A stretch of 64,000 bases of DNA. Source: Candidatus Omnitrophota bacterium. Its GTDB lineage: Bacteria; Omnitrophota; Gorgyraeia; Zapsychrales; Zapsychraceae. Below are positions 1 to 9,428 of the stretch, in pieces. Position numbers and translations under genes: made by a program. How positions within the stretch are numbered: the first letter of the stretch is position 1; every line of letters starts with the position of its first letter. A model generated the notes under the pieces. That model was not told where the DNA came from, did no database searches, and worked only from the letters and a program-made list of their open reading frames with translations. The stretch spans positions 131,084-195,083 of the forward strand of contig JADFYJ010000001.1 of NCBI GenBank assembly GCA_015233115.1. The letters are read 5' to 3'.

Positions 1-1055
1 ACCATACAACGATCATATTGGCAGATGGAATCGGCTCCGGCATTAAAGCGCACATTGCATCACAGATGAATACTTCCAGGATGAGTGAGCTCTTAGACGG
101 CGGGGTTTCATTGCGTGACGCGTTTTTTAGTGTCGTCGGCACTATGAGTAAGTGGCGCGATCATACTATGCCGTTTGCGGCTTTTTTAGTCATGCGTATT
201 TTAAATGATGGAATGACTATTCTATTAAAATATGAGATGCCGCAGTCAGTTCTTTTAAATCGTAAACGCGCCGTGTTAATACCTGAAAGTCCGTTGGTGG
301 TTCCTGCCGGATTATCCAGCGAATCATATTTGCATCTCCATCCTGGTGAAGGAATTTTATTAATGAGCGATGGCATTACGCAAGCGGGAATGGGAACAAT
401 TTTTTCAAGGGGATGGTCAGCAGAAGGGGTTGAAGGTTTTTTAAGCCGTCGAGGTGTCAATGATATTAATTTTTCCCAAACTGCCCGTGATATCATTCAG
501 AAAGCGCAAGAGCATGATAAATCATTAAATGGAGACGATAAAACTGTTTTGCTGGCTCATATGAGTGTTGGTTGCGTTGTTGATGTCTTGACCGGCCCGC
601 CGACAGAGAAAACCAAAGATGCTGAAGTTGCCGCAGGTTTTTTATCTGCTGAAGGAGCGAAAGTCGTCTGTGGAGCTACCACGGCAGATATTGTGGCTAA
701 ATATTCCGGAACAAAAGTAGAAGTTGAACAGCGTCCGGCTTCATATTCAACGCCGCCGCGTTATTTTATAAACGGCATTGACCTGGTGACTGAAGGGGCC
801 GTTACGTTGACTCAAACTTATAATATTATCGAAGAAGAGGGTGTGCTTTTTCAAGATAAGTCTGCGGCTGCGGATCTGGCCGCTTTATTACAAAAAGCGG
901 ATTTTATCCGCTTCACAGTAGGCAAAGCCCGCAACCCCGCCAATGCTGATATTGTTTACCGCAAGCAAGGTATTCTTCCCAGAGAAAAAATAGTACCATT
1001 ACTTGCCCAGAAATTGGAACGAATGGGTAAACTGGTGACTGTTGCTTTTGTGTGA
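1..1055 (+). CDS. SpoIIE/PP2C-type Ser/Thr phosphatase, HfsC-like (typically in [FeFe]-hydrogenase sensory clusters); 5' end lies outside the window
   Basis: PP2C motifs ADGIGSG, MSDGITQAG and GDDKTV; C-terminal VVCGATTA / DLVTEGAVTL domain typical of the HfsC family; frame is open upstream of position 18. Confidence 0.8.
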   Translation, partial: HTTIILADGIGSGIKAHIASQMNTSRMSELLDGGVSLRDAFFSVVGTMSKWRDHTMPFAAFLVMRILNDGMTILLKYEMPQSVLLNRKRAVLIPESPLVVPAGLSSESYLHLHPGEGILLMSDGITQAGMGTIFSRGWSAEGVEGFLSRRGVNDINFSQTARDIIQKAQEHDKSLNGDDKTVLLAHMSVGCVVDVLTGPPTEKTKDAEVAAGFLSAEGAKVVCGATTADIVAKYSGTKVEVEQRPASYSTPPRYFINGIDLVTEGAVTLTQTYNIIEEEGVLFQDKSAAADLAALLQKADFIRFTVGKARNPANADIVYRKQGILPREKIVPLLAQKLERMGKLVTVAFV

Positions 1056-1117
1056 CGGAAATAGGTATGCGCTACCTCAAATTACCCCTTTTTTCGCAAG
1101 TTTGTCAAAATAAATAC

Positions 1118-1165
1118 TTGACAAATGTTTTTTTCGATATATACTCTAGTAAATCAATAGAGATA
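1118..1165 (+). promoter_or_regulatory. sigma70 promoter of the sulfur operon with an overlapping putative Rrf2/CymR-type operator
   Basis: TTGACA (1118-1123), 16 bp, TATACT (1140-1145); inverted repeat CTCTA-N9-TAGAG (1144-1162) overlaps the -10 element and start site. Confidence 0.6.
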
Positions 1166-1183
1166 CTTAATTTGGAGAGAGTG

Positions 1184-1624
1184 ATGAGGCTGACATATAA
1201 AGGTGATTACGCGTTGAAAGCAGTTTTAGATTTGGCAATTCATTATGGAGAAGGCGTGGTTACGATTCATGACATCGCTAAACGTATTGATGCGCCGGTT
1301 AAATTTCTTGAACAAATTCTCTTTGATTTAAAAAGAGGCGGATTTATTGAAAGCCGCCGCGGGAATACGGGTGGTTATTTATTATCGAAACCACCTATGC
1401 AAATTACCCTAGGCGATGTTGTGCGGCATGTTGATGGGCCGATTGAACCAATTGCTTGTGTAAATCGTGAATACACGGATTGTCAGGATATTAATAAATG
1501 TGTTTTTAAAAATATTTGGCAGGAAGTTTCTCGGGCGACAGCAAATATAATCGATAATATTACTTTTGAAAATTTAATAATACAAGCTCAAGCAAAACAA
1601 CAGGAAGTCTTCTACTCAATTTAA
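1184..1624 (+). CDS. Rrf2 family transcriptional regulator (CymR/IscR-like)
   Basis: MRLTYKGDYAL...ESRRGNTGGYLL wHTH signature; three Cys (C-X7-C-X5-C); C-terminal FYSI; GGAGAG RBS before ATG 1184 (the ORF-track start at 1052 is too far upstream). Confidence 0.92.
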   Translation: MRLTYKGDYALKAVLDLAIHYGEGVVTIHDIAKRIDAPVKFLEQILFDLKRGGFIESRRGNTGGYLLSKPPMQITLGDVVRHVDGPIEPIACVNREYTDCQDINKCVFKNIWQEVSRATANIIDNITFENLIIQAQAKQQEVFYSI

Positions 1625-1647
1625 GAAAGATTTTCTTCGCGGAGGGA

Positions 1648-1845
1648 ATGATGGGGCCAAAAGAACCAGTACCAAAATACAGTATAAATGACACAATTCT
1701 CAAAAATATTCGGGAAGCGATTGGATCAATTGATTTCGGTAGTGTCGAGATAAAAATCCATGATTCAAAAATAGTTCAAATTGAAGTTACGGAACGGAAA
1801 AGATTTGATGATATCTGGCGCATTGAGGGAGGAGGGGGAATATAG
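1648..1845 (+). CDS. YezD/DUF2292 (OscA-like) small protein with a C-terminal GGGI extension
   Basis: FGSVEIKIHDSKIVQIEVTERKRF matches the DUF2292 core; GGAGG RBS; sulfur-operon context. Confidence 0.85.
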   Translation: MMGPKEPVPKYSINDTILKNIREAIGSIDFGSVEIKIHDSKIVQIEVTERKRFDDIWRIEGGGGI

Positions 1846-1848
1846 ACA

Positions 1849-1890
1849 GAGTGGTAAAGGTGGTAGAGGTGATAAAGGTTGTAAAGGTTC
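1849..1890 (+). repeat. degenerate 9-bp tandem repeat (GTGGTAAAG-like, about 4.5 copies)
   Basis: gtggtaaag gtggtagag gtgataaag gttgtaaag gtt. Confidence 0.7.
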
Positions 1891-1906
1891 ACAAATCAAA
1901 ACAAAT

Positions 1907-1928
1907 GCTGACTGGTCATTCCAGAGGC
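1907..1928 (+). promoter_or_regulatory. candidate cis-regulatory RNA hairpin motif, copy 1
   Basis: GCTGA-CTGG-TCATT-CCAG-AGGC; related to the copies at 1964, 7218 and 7297. Confidence 0.55.
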
Positions 1929-1963
1929 TTCAATTAATTAAATAATTTTAAACACCATTTGAT

Positions 1964-2003
1964 TTGACCAGACGACTGGAGAATCCGATGAAAAATCGGA
2001 GGT
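1964..2003 (+). promoter_or_regulatory. candidate cis-regulatory RNA hairpin motif, copy 2, next to an RBS-sequestering hairpin
   Basis: TTGA-CCAG-ACGA-CTGG-AG, then TCCGAT-GAAAA-ATCGGA whose 3' arm overlaps the RBS GGAGGT (1998-2003). Confidence 0.55.
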
Positions 2004-2010
2004 ATTGAAA

Positions 2011-2859
2011 ATGAAAAAGATTTCGTTATTGGCCGCATTACTAGTGTTATCAGTTTTATTTACCGTTAAAGATGTTTGGGCTGGCCCGCCGTTTAATAAT
2101 TTGGAAGGCGTGGGCGGTGTGGCCTTTAATCCTTTGGCTTATTTGGCTGAAGGAGATAAAGATTTTAAAATTGGTAATACGGATGTATTGGGGAAGCCTA
2201 GATTCGGCGGATGGTACGTGAATCTACCATCAGCTAAGATCGATTGGACATCTATAGGGATTGCAGACACCTTGTTTAAACGTGTTGAAGTGTCTTATGG
2301 ATATCAGACTATTAATTGGGAGAATCATCCTACCTTCCATAAGAATAATATTGGCGCAAAGGTTTTGCTATTAAATGAAAATGCGTTTGAAACCAAATTT
2401 GTTCCGGCCATTTCTGTTGGAACAATATATAAGCGGACCAGTTCTGCTTCGTTACGGGAAGCAGGGCTCACAAATCTGCGTGCCAGCGGCGAAGATTGGT
2501 ACGCAGTGGCTACTAAAACAATTACTCAATTGCCGGTGCCGGTTATTCTTTCCGGTGGAGTGCTCTCTTCTGGAGAATACGTGACTGGCGTGTTGGGATT
2601 CAATAATAAAAGGAAGACTACCGGATTTGCCAACGTGGATGTTGTTCTTCCTCACGGTATTGTTGTTGGCGCGGAATATAAGCAGGGTGAAAAGTTTGCG
2701 ACAGTTAAAAATCATGATTACTGGGATGCGCATTTGGCGTGGCTGGCTAATAAAGATTTGACATTGATCGCCGCGTATACTGGAACAGGCGCTTATGGTA
2801 AAGGAACTAACACAGGGTTGGGTAATGGAGTAGTCTTAAGCGCACAGTTTGCATTTTAA
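2011..2859 (+). CDS. DUF3034-like outer-membrane beta-barrel protein
   Basis: signal peptide; N-terminal NLEGVGGVAFNPLAY motif; amphipathic beta-strands; C-terminal Phe (AQFAF); ATG 2011 follows GGAGGT. Confidence 0.7.
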   Translation: MKKISLLAALLVLSVLFTVKDVWAGPPFNNLEGVGGVAFNPLAYLAEGDKDFKIGNTDVLGKPRFGGWYVNLPSAKIDWTSIGIADTLFKRVEVSYGYQTINWENHPTFHKNNIGAKVLLLNENAFETKFVPAISVGTIYKRTSSASLREAGLTNLRASGEDWYAVATKTITQLPVPVILSGGVLSSGEYVTGVLGFNNKRKTTGFANVDVVLPHGIVVGAEYKQGEKFATVKNHDYWDAHLAWLANKDLTLIAAYTGTGAYGKGTNTGLGNGVVLSAQFAF

Positions 2860-2872
2860 GATATATCTGTAA

Positions 2873-4390
<1,518 letters not shown>

Positions 4391-4403
4391 AAAGGAGATT
4401 ATT

Positions 4404-5336
4404 ATGGCGAGGATATTTAGTGACATAACAAAAACGATCGGCAATACGCCGTTGGTGAAATTGAATCGTATCACTGAAGGGCTAAAAGCCACTATTGTTG
4501 TTAAACTCGAATCATTTAATCCTCTTTCCAGTGTTAAAGATCGTCTTGGAATCGCATTGATTGATGACGCGGAACGAAAAGGATTAATAAAAAAAAATAC
4601 GGTGATAATTGAACCGACGAGTGGAAACACCGGAATCGCTCTGGCGTTTATCGCCGCGGCTAAAGGTTATAAACTCATTCTTACCATGCCTGACACGATG
4701 AGCCTCGAACGTCGGCAATTGTTAAAGATTTTTGGCGCGGAATTGGTCTTGACGGAAGGCGTAAAAGGCATGCGCGGCGCTGTTGAGAAAGCCGAAGAAT
4801 TAGCAAAAACGACCCCGAACAGTTTTGTGCCGCAGCAATTCAATAATCCGGCCAATCCAGAGATTCACCGCAAAACAACAGCGGAGGAAATCTGGAATGA
4901 TACTGACGGTAAAGTTGATATTCTTATTTCGGGCGTTGGTACCGGCGGAACAATTACCGGTGTTGCGGAAGTGCTTAAAAAACGTAAACCTGGTTTTAAG
5001 GCTATTGCTATTGAACCTGACGCCTCACCTGTTTTGTCGGGTGGATCGCCAGGAGCGCATAAAATCCAAGGAATTGGGGCAGGGTTTGTTCCGCAAGTGC
5101 TTAATCGCAGTGCTATCGATGAAGTTATCCGGGTGACTAATGATAATGCTGGTGAAGTTGCTAGGCAGATCGCAAAATTGGAAGGTATTCTCGTAGGGAT
5201 ATCAAGCGGAGCCGCATTATGGGCCGCGTTAGAGGTCGCCAAACGAACAGAAAACAATGGAAAACTTATTGTCGTTATTTTACCTGATACAGGCGAACGA
5301 TATTTGACGACATGGTTATTTCAAGATTATAAATGA
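4404..5336 (+). CDS. cysK: cysteine synthase A (O-acetylserine sulfhydrylase)
   Basis: NPLSSVKDR (PLP Lys), [35 protein letters not shown]; RBS before ATG 4404. Confidence 0.97.
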   Translation: MARIFSDITKTIGNTPLVKLNRITEGLKATIVVKLESFNPLSSVKDRLGIALIDDAERKGLIKKNTVIIEPTSGNTGIALAFIAAAKGYKLILTMPDTMSLERRQLLKIFGAELVLTEGVKGMRGAVEKAEELAKTTPNSFVPQQFNNPANPEIHRKTTAEEIWNDTDGKVDILISGVGTGGTITGVAEVLKKRKPGFKAIAIEPDASPVLSGGSPGAHKIQGIGAGFVPQVLNRSAIDEVIRVTNDNAGEVARQIAKLEGILVGISSGAALWAALEVAKRTENNGKLIVVILPDTGERYLTTWLFQDYK

Positions 5337-5346
5337 GTGCTAATAA

Positions 5347-5549
5347 AACCCCAATTCCGAAGATAAATTCGTAATTGGGAGTACGTAGTATGTCGTATGT
5401 AGCATGTAGCGACGATATTTTAATAAATAATGCTTTTAAAAATATAAATATTTTTTGACCCAAAGGGTGAAAATTTCCAACAACCACATACTGCATACTA
5501 CGAACGACATACTCCCCTAATTCCTGATCTTTAATTCGGAATTAGGGTC
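5347..5549. repeat. intergenic element with inverted heptamer-repeat arms and terminal hairpins
   Basis: AGTATGT-like x4 (5380-5407) versus ACATACT-like x4 (5486-5513); the outer ends CCCAATTCCGAA / TTCGGAATTAGGG are also inverted. Confidence 0.8.
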
Positions 5550-5569
5550 AAAAGACAGCGCGATCTAAC

Positions 5570-5833
5570 ATGAAGACGACAAAAGTTAAAGTTAATAATC
5601 CTTATGGGCTCCATTTGCGTCCTTCTGCAAAAGTCGTAAATGCGGCTCGGTCGTTAAAATCGAAAATCACATTGACTTTTAATAAGAAAACGGCTGATTC
5701 GGCATCCATATTAGAAATTATCGCGCTGGGAGCGACGTCTGGCGCGGAGATTGAAATTTTGGCTGAAGGATCTGACGAGAATGCCGCTGTTCAACTCTTT
5801 ACTGAAATGTTCCGTGATGGCGCGGGGATTTAA
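5570..5833 (+). CDS. HPr family phosphocarrier protein with a C-terminal GAGI tail
   Basis: GLHLRPS (His15 equivalent), ADSASILEIIALG (Ser46 region), IEILAEGSDE. Confidence 0.93.
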   Translation: MKTTKVKVNNPYGLHLRPSAKVVNAARSLKSKITLTFNKKTADSASILEIIALGATSGAEIEILAEGSDENAAVQLFTEMFRDGAGI

Positions 5834-5860
5834 ACGGGCAATAGAAGGAGAATATTTCAG

Positions 5861-6098
5861 ATGAATATATTTATCTCAAGCCACGCAGTACAAAGATTTT
5901 TCGGAATACATGGCCCGGAATAGTAAAGAAGATTTAAAAGAGTTCTGCATTCGTTATAAAGAGATACCAGGTTTTGATGAAGATAAAAATTATTATTATG
6001 ACTGGGGCTCAGACGCGATATTTTCTCTGGCAGGACGCGGTACAGGAGAATGCTCGGCCGGGCTTTCTGACCTCATTAATAAAGTTAAATATGAATAA
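5861..6098 (+). pseudogene. remnant of a clostridial-type sulfite/nitrite reductase(-TusA) gene
   Basis: IPGFDEDKNYYYDWGSDAIFSLAGRGTGECSAGLSDLI resembles an internal segment of that family; the RBS plus ATG at 5861 is out of frame with this segment. Confidence 0.55.
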
Positions 6099-7197
6099 TA
6101 AATTTCAGACTATAGCTGTTGGCATGAGCGGCGGTGTTGATTCTACGGTTGCCGCATACTTATTAAAAGAAGAAGGTCATAAGGTTATTGGAATCACCAT
6201 GAAAATTTGGGACAATTCTTTTGCTGTAAACGGGCCTTTAAGAAGCGGTTGTTATGGGCCAGGTGAAGAGAAAGATATCGAAGAAGCACAAAAAGCCGCA
6301 AAAAGGCTAGGGATCCCATATTACGTTGTAGGTTTAGAGGAAGAATATAAAAATTCGGTTCTTACTTATTTTCGTGAAGAATATTTGTGTGGTAAAACGC
6401 CTAATCCATGCGCAATATGCAATCAAAAGATAAAGTTTGGCTTACTGCTGGATAAAGCCCAACAATCAGGAATTAAGTTTGATTCTTTTGCGACAGGGCA
6501 TTATGTGAGAGCAGAGTTTGACTCAACATCCAGCCGCTATCTTTTAAAAAAAGGCCTTGATCAAAAAAAAGATCAATCATATTTTCTTTATCGGCTTAAT
6601 CAAGGACAGCTAAAAAAAGTTTGTTTTCCGTTAGGGAAATATTCTAAACAAGAAATAAAAGATCTGGCCGAGAAGATTGGGTTCAAAGATTTTGTTGAGA
6701 AACCAGAAAGCCAGGATTTTTTTGAAGGCAGTGATTACTCTGTTTTTTTTAAAGATCAGCAAATTCTCCCGGGAGATATTGTTGATTTATCAGGCAAAGT
6801 CGTCGGCCGTCATGAAGGATTGATTCATTATACCATTGGACAAAGAAAAGGACTTAATCTGGGAGGACTCAAAGAGCCGGTCTATGTTATTCGGATCGAT
6901 AGTTGTCATAATCAAATTGTTGTAGGTCTAAAAGAAAATCTTTTGTCGGACAGCCTTCTTGTAAATGAATTGAATTGGATTTCTATTCCTGAGATAACAA
7001 GCAAAATAAAGGCCTATGCTAAAATACGGTCCCAACATATTGAACAGCCTTGTACAATTATACCGTTTAATTCCAATAGAGTTAAAGTGGAATTTGATCA
7101 ACCGCAAATGTCCATTACTCCCGGGCAATCAATTGTGTTTTACGACGGTGATTCTGTGATGGGGGGTGGAATTATTGATAAAGCAGGTATTGAATAA
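6091..7197 (+). CDS. mnmA: tRNA 2-thiouridine(34) synthase
   Basis: GMSGGVDS, TPNPCAICNQKIKF, ATGHY, KDQSYFL, YTIGQRKGL, ITPGQSIVFY; likely start ATG 6091. Confidence 0.96.
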   Translation: MNNKFQTIAVGMSGGVDSTVAAYLLKEEGHKVIGITMKIWDNSFAVNGPLRSGCYGPGEEKDIEEAQKAAKRLGIPYYVVGLEEEYKNSVLTYFREEYLCGKTPNPCAICNQKIKFGLLLDKAQQSGIKFDSFATGHYVRAEFDSTSSRYLLKKGLDQKKDQSYFLYRLNQGQLKKVCFPLGKYSKQEIKDLAEKIGFKDFVEKPESQDFFEGSDYSVFFKDQQILPGDIVDLSGKVVGRHEGLIHYTIGQRKGLNLGGLKEPVYVIRIDSCHNQIVVGLKENLLSDSLLVNELNWISIPEITSKIKAYAKIRSQHIEQPCTIIPFNSNRVKVEFDQPQMSITPGQSIVFYDGDSVMGGGIIDKAGIE

Positions 7198-7217
7198 TAT
7201 ATTTTAAGTAACAAAAG

Positions 7218-7280
7218 ACTGACCAGATAACTGGAAGCCTAATGTGTTCAGGAACCCCCTGAAGTGCTTTGGGCTTTTTT
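7218..7280 (+). promoter_or_regulatory. motif copy 3 overlapping an intrinsic terminator (attenuator-like)
   Basis: ACTGA-CCAG-ATAA-CTGG-AAGC; AAGCCTAA (7235-7242) pairs with TTGGGCTT (7269-7276), inner stem TTCAGG/CCTGAA, then a T run. Confidence 0.6.
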
Positions 7281-7296
7281 AAAAGAAATTTTGAGC

Positions 7297-7348
7297 AGGA
7301 CGGGACAACCCACTACCAAGGAAAATATCCAAGGCAGTGGGTTTTTTT
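7297..7348 (+). terminator. second intrinsic terminator whose 5' arm is overlapped by a variant motif hairpin
   Basis: CAGGAC-GGG-ACAA-CCC; AACCCACTACC (7307-7317) pairs with GGCAGTGGGTT (7333-7343), followed by Ts. Confidence 0.7.
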
Positions 7349-7383
7349 ATTTATAAATTAATAAACCAAAAAAGGAGAAAAAC

Positions 7384-7689
7384 ATGTCTCACATCAATCG
7401 TTCAGAATTATTAAAAAACAAGGAAGTGCTCGGCGAAATCAACAGATATAAAGATATCGAAAGCGGGAAAGCCGGGTATGATATCGGTTTAGAAAAAGCA
7501 TCACGGGAATGGTTTGACCGATATGCCGAAATATGGGTTGTACGCTGGTCTAATAAACGCGTGAACTATCATTTAAAATCAAAAAATTACAAATTGAGCG
7601 GGGAATTAGTTATCATAAAGCGGAGGTTATCACCACCAAAGAATTGGTGTATTCGTGAAATTATTAAAATTTCAGAGATACAGTATTAA
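7384..7689 (+). CDS. small hypothetical protein, DUF4032-like (EINRxKxIESxKAGxDIGxExAxxxW)
   Basis: strong AAGGAG RBS; N-terminal 55 aa resemble small PVC-group proteins; the C-terminal half may be degenerate. Confidence 0.5.
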   Translation: MSHINRSELLKNKEVLGEINRYKDIESGKAGYDIGLEKASREWFDRYAEIWVVRWSNKRVNYHLKSKNYKLSGELVIIKRRLSPPKNWCIREIIKISEIQY

Positions 7690-7758
7690 TTAATTAAATC
7701 AAAAATCATCAAATAATAAGTTAAGATCTGTGTTCTAAAATTAATATAATTTTTTGGA

Positions 7759-7787
7759 TAGACAATCTGGTTTAATTTTGGTATAAG
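7759..7787 (+). promoter_or_regulatory. sigma70-like promoter for tRNA-Arg
   Basis: TAGACA, 17 bp, TATAAG, with TG one base upstream of the -10 (extended -10). Confidence 0.5.
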
Positions 7788-7802
7788 ATATGTCTCTTTG
7801 AT

Positions 7803-7876
7803 GCGCCCATAGCTCAATTGGATAGAGCGTCTGTCTACGGAACAGAAGGTTAGAGGTTCAAGTCCTCTTGGGCGCG
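7803..7876 (+). tRNA. tRNA-Arg(ACG)
   Basis: cloverleaf; acceptor GCGCCCA/TGGGCGC; anticodon arm TCTGT-CTACGGA-ACAGA; GTTCAA T-loop; CCA not encoded. Confidence 0.97.
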
Positions 7877-8006
7877 TTTTCTATTATGCACTGCTAGTTA
7901 ATTTTTGGAAGCGTCACTACATTTGGATGGATGATTTGAATTTCTTTTGTCGGGCGCGTTTTTTTAGGGTGTTATTTTATTTGTTTTTAATTTTTTTGAT
8001 AATCTT

Positions 8007-8513
8007 ATGAACTCTCCATTTATTTCAGATTTGAATTCTCCCATTTCTTTAAATAATTTTTTTATGCAGGAAGCTCTTCGGGAAGCCAAAAAGGCTTATG
8101 ACAAGGATGAAGTGCCTGTCGGCGCGGTTATTGTGCATGAGAATAAAATTATTGCCCGGGCGCATAATCAGGTAGAGATGTTGAGAGATCCGACGGCGCA
8201 TGCGGAAATGATCGCGATTACGCAGGCAACCAGTGCATTGTCTTCAAAATGGTTGAATGATTGTATTATGTATGTGACTCTTGAACCCTGTTGTATGTGT
8301 GCGGGGGCGATGGTGTTGGCTCGCGTTAAAAAATTGGTTTATGGCGCTAATGATCCCAAAACCGGGGCTTGTGGATCTGTGTTGGATATTATTAATCATG
8401 AAGTGTTGAATCACCATGTAGATATGGAAAAGGGTGTGTTGGCTGAAGAGTGCGCGTATTTGCTGAGCAGTTTTTTTCAAGAGAAGCGAAAAAAGAATAA
8501 TGGGCTGAATTGA
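8007..8513 (+). CDS. tadA: tRNA adenosine(34) deaminase
   Basis: EVPVGAV, PTAHAE, TLEPCCMCAGAM, DPKTGACGS. Confidence 0.95.
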   Translation: MNSPFISDLNSPISLNNFFMQEALREAKKAYDKDEVPVGAVIVHENKIIARAHNQVEMLRDPTAHAEMIAITQATSALSSKWLNDCIMYVTLEPCCMCAGAMVLARVKKLVYGANDPKTGACGSVLDIINHEVLNHHVDMEKGVLAEECAYLLSSFFQEKRKKNNGLN

Positions 8514-8597
8514 ATATATAAGTAGAAGTGGATATTTATATTTGGTTCTTTACACAGAAAATAAAATCTGATATAACTAGACCCGATTTTGATGGAT

Positions 8598-8684
8598 GGA
8601 GAGGTGCCGGAGTGGCCGAACGGAGCTGCCTGCTAAGCAGTTGATCTCGTAAGGGATCCCAGGGTTCGAATCCCTGCCTCTCCG
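8598..8684 (+). tRNA. tRNA-Ser(GCT)
   Basis: acceptor GGAGAGG/CCTCTCC; anticodon loop CTGCTAA; long variable arm; GTTCGAATCC. Confidence 0.97.
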
Positions 8685-8736
8685 TTTTAAATTTACATAG
8701 CTTTTGTCTTGCAAAAACTTCGTTTTAGGGCACATC

Positions 8737-9075
8737 ATGAAAATTATTACTGATACATTATCAACTGATGAACTTAAGCAAATGGCTACGGACACGTTTG
8801 GGAATTTGGTTAAAGCCGTTGTTGATGTTGATCGAGAACTTATCGCGGTTGACGCTGAACTTCATTCAGATCTGGAAGCAGAACTTCTTACCGATGGATC
8901 AAAACAAGAAAATCTTTGGGGAATTAATTTTTATCCGGAAATGCAAGGGGACGATTTTATTGAGTTTGATTCCATGATTAATGTTCGCCCATCGCAAGGG
9001 AATAGGACGCGTGGTGTTAATGATGAAGTCATTCGTAAGAAAATAATCGCGCTTGTTGCTAAAAGGATTAAATAA
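8737..9075 (+). CDS. DUF5674-like protein
   Basis: VKAVVDV...HSDLEAELLTDGSKQENLWGINFYP...IEFDSMINVRPSQGNR. Confidence 0.75.
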   Translation: MKIITDTLSTDELKQMATDTFGNLVKAVVDVDRELIAVDAELHSDLEAELLTDGSKQENLWGINFYPEMQGDDFIEFDSMINVRPSQGNRTRGVNDEVIRKKIIALVAKRIK

Positions 9076-9407
9076 TGAGTTTACAGCATAAAGACTTGGC
9101 TGCAGGACGATGGAGTCATTTGTCGTTTTGTGAACAAATGGCTAATGTGGGAAGTGAAGTAGAACGTGCTTTGATTTGGCGGGCTAAGAAAAATGCCGAT
9201 TACAGCCAAAAAGCTTTTGACCGGGCGTTAGAACTTATTGACTTAACTTTAGTTTATCTTAAAATTTTTTCCCGTCTCAAAGAAATCGCCCGCGTACGGG
9301 AAGCACTTGTTGATTATTTTTACGGAGACAATCAGTTTGAGTCAACAGAGTCTTCGTGGAGAAATTATTTTATGCCTTTTACATATGCGGCACGAAAAAA
9401 TTCTTAA
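9075..9407 (+). CDS. helical hypothetical protein coupled to the DUF5674 gene
   Basis: TAATG overlap with the upstream gene; RW..LS..EQMANVGSEVERA motif. Confidence 0.7.
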   Translation: MSLQHKDLAAGRWSHLSFCEQMANVGSEVERALIWRAKKNADYSQKAFDRALELIDLTLVYLKIFSRLKEIARVREALVDYFYGDNQFESTESSWRNYFMPFTYAARKNS

Positions 9408-9428
9408 TCAATTAACAGAAAGGATTCT

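Noticed and set aside
7165-7197. MnmA C-terminus (GGGIIDKAGIE) as a fourth CysK-docking tail
   Set aside because: GGGII is the normal MnmA motif, and the protein ends in Glu rather than Ile
7951-7961. GGGCGCGTTTT repeat of the tRNA-Arg 3' end as an att site
   Set aside because: Only 11 bp long, about 80 bp away, with no cargo between the copies
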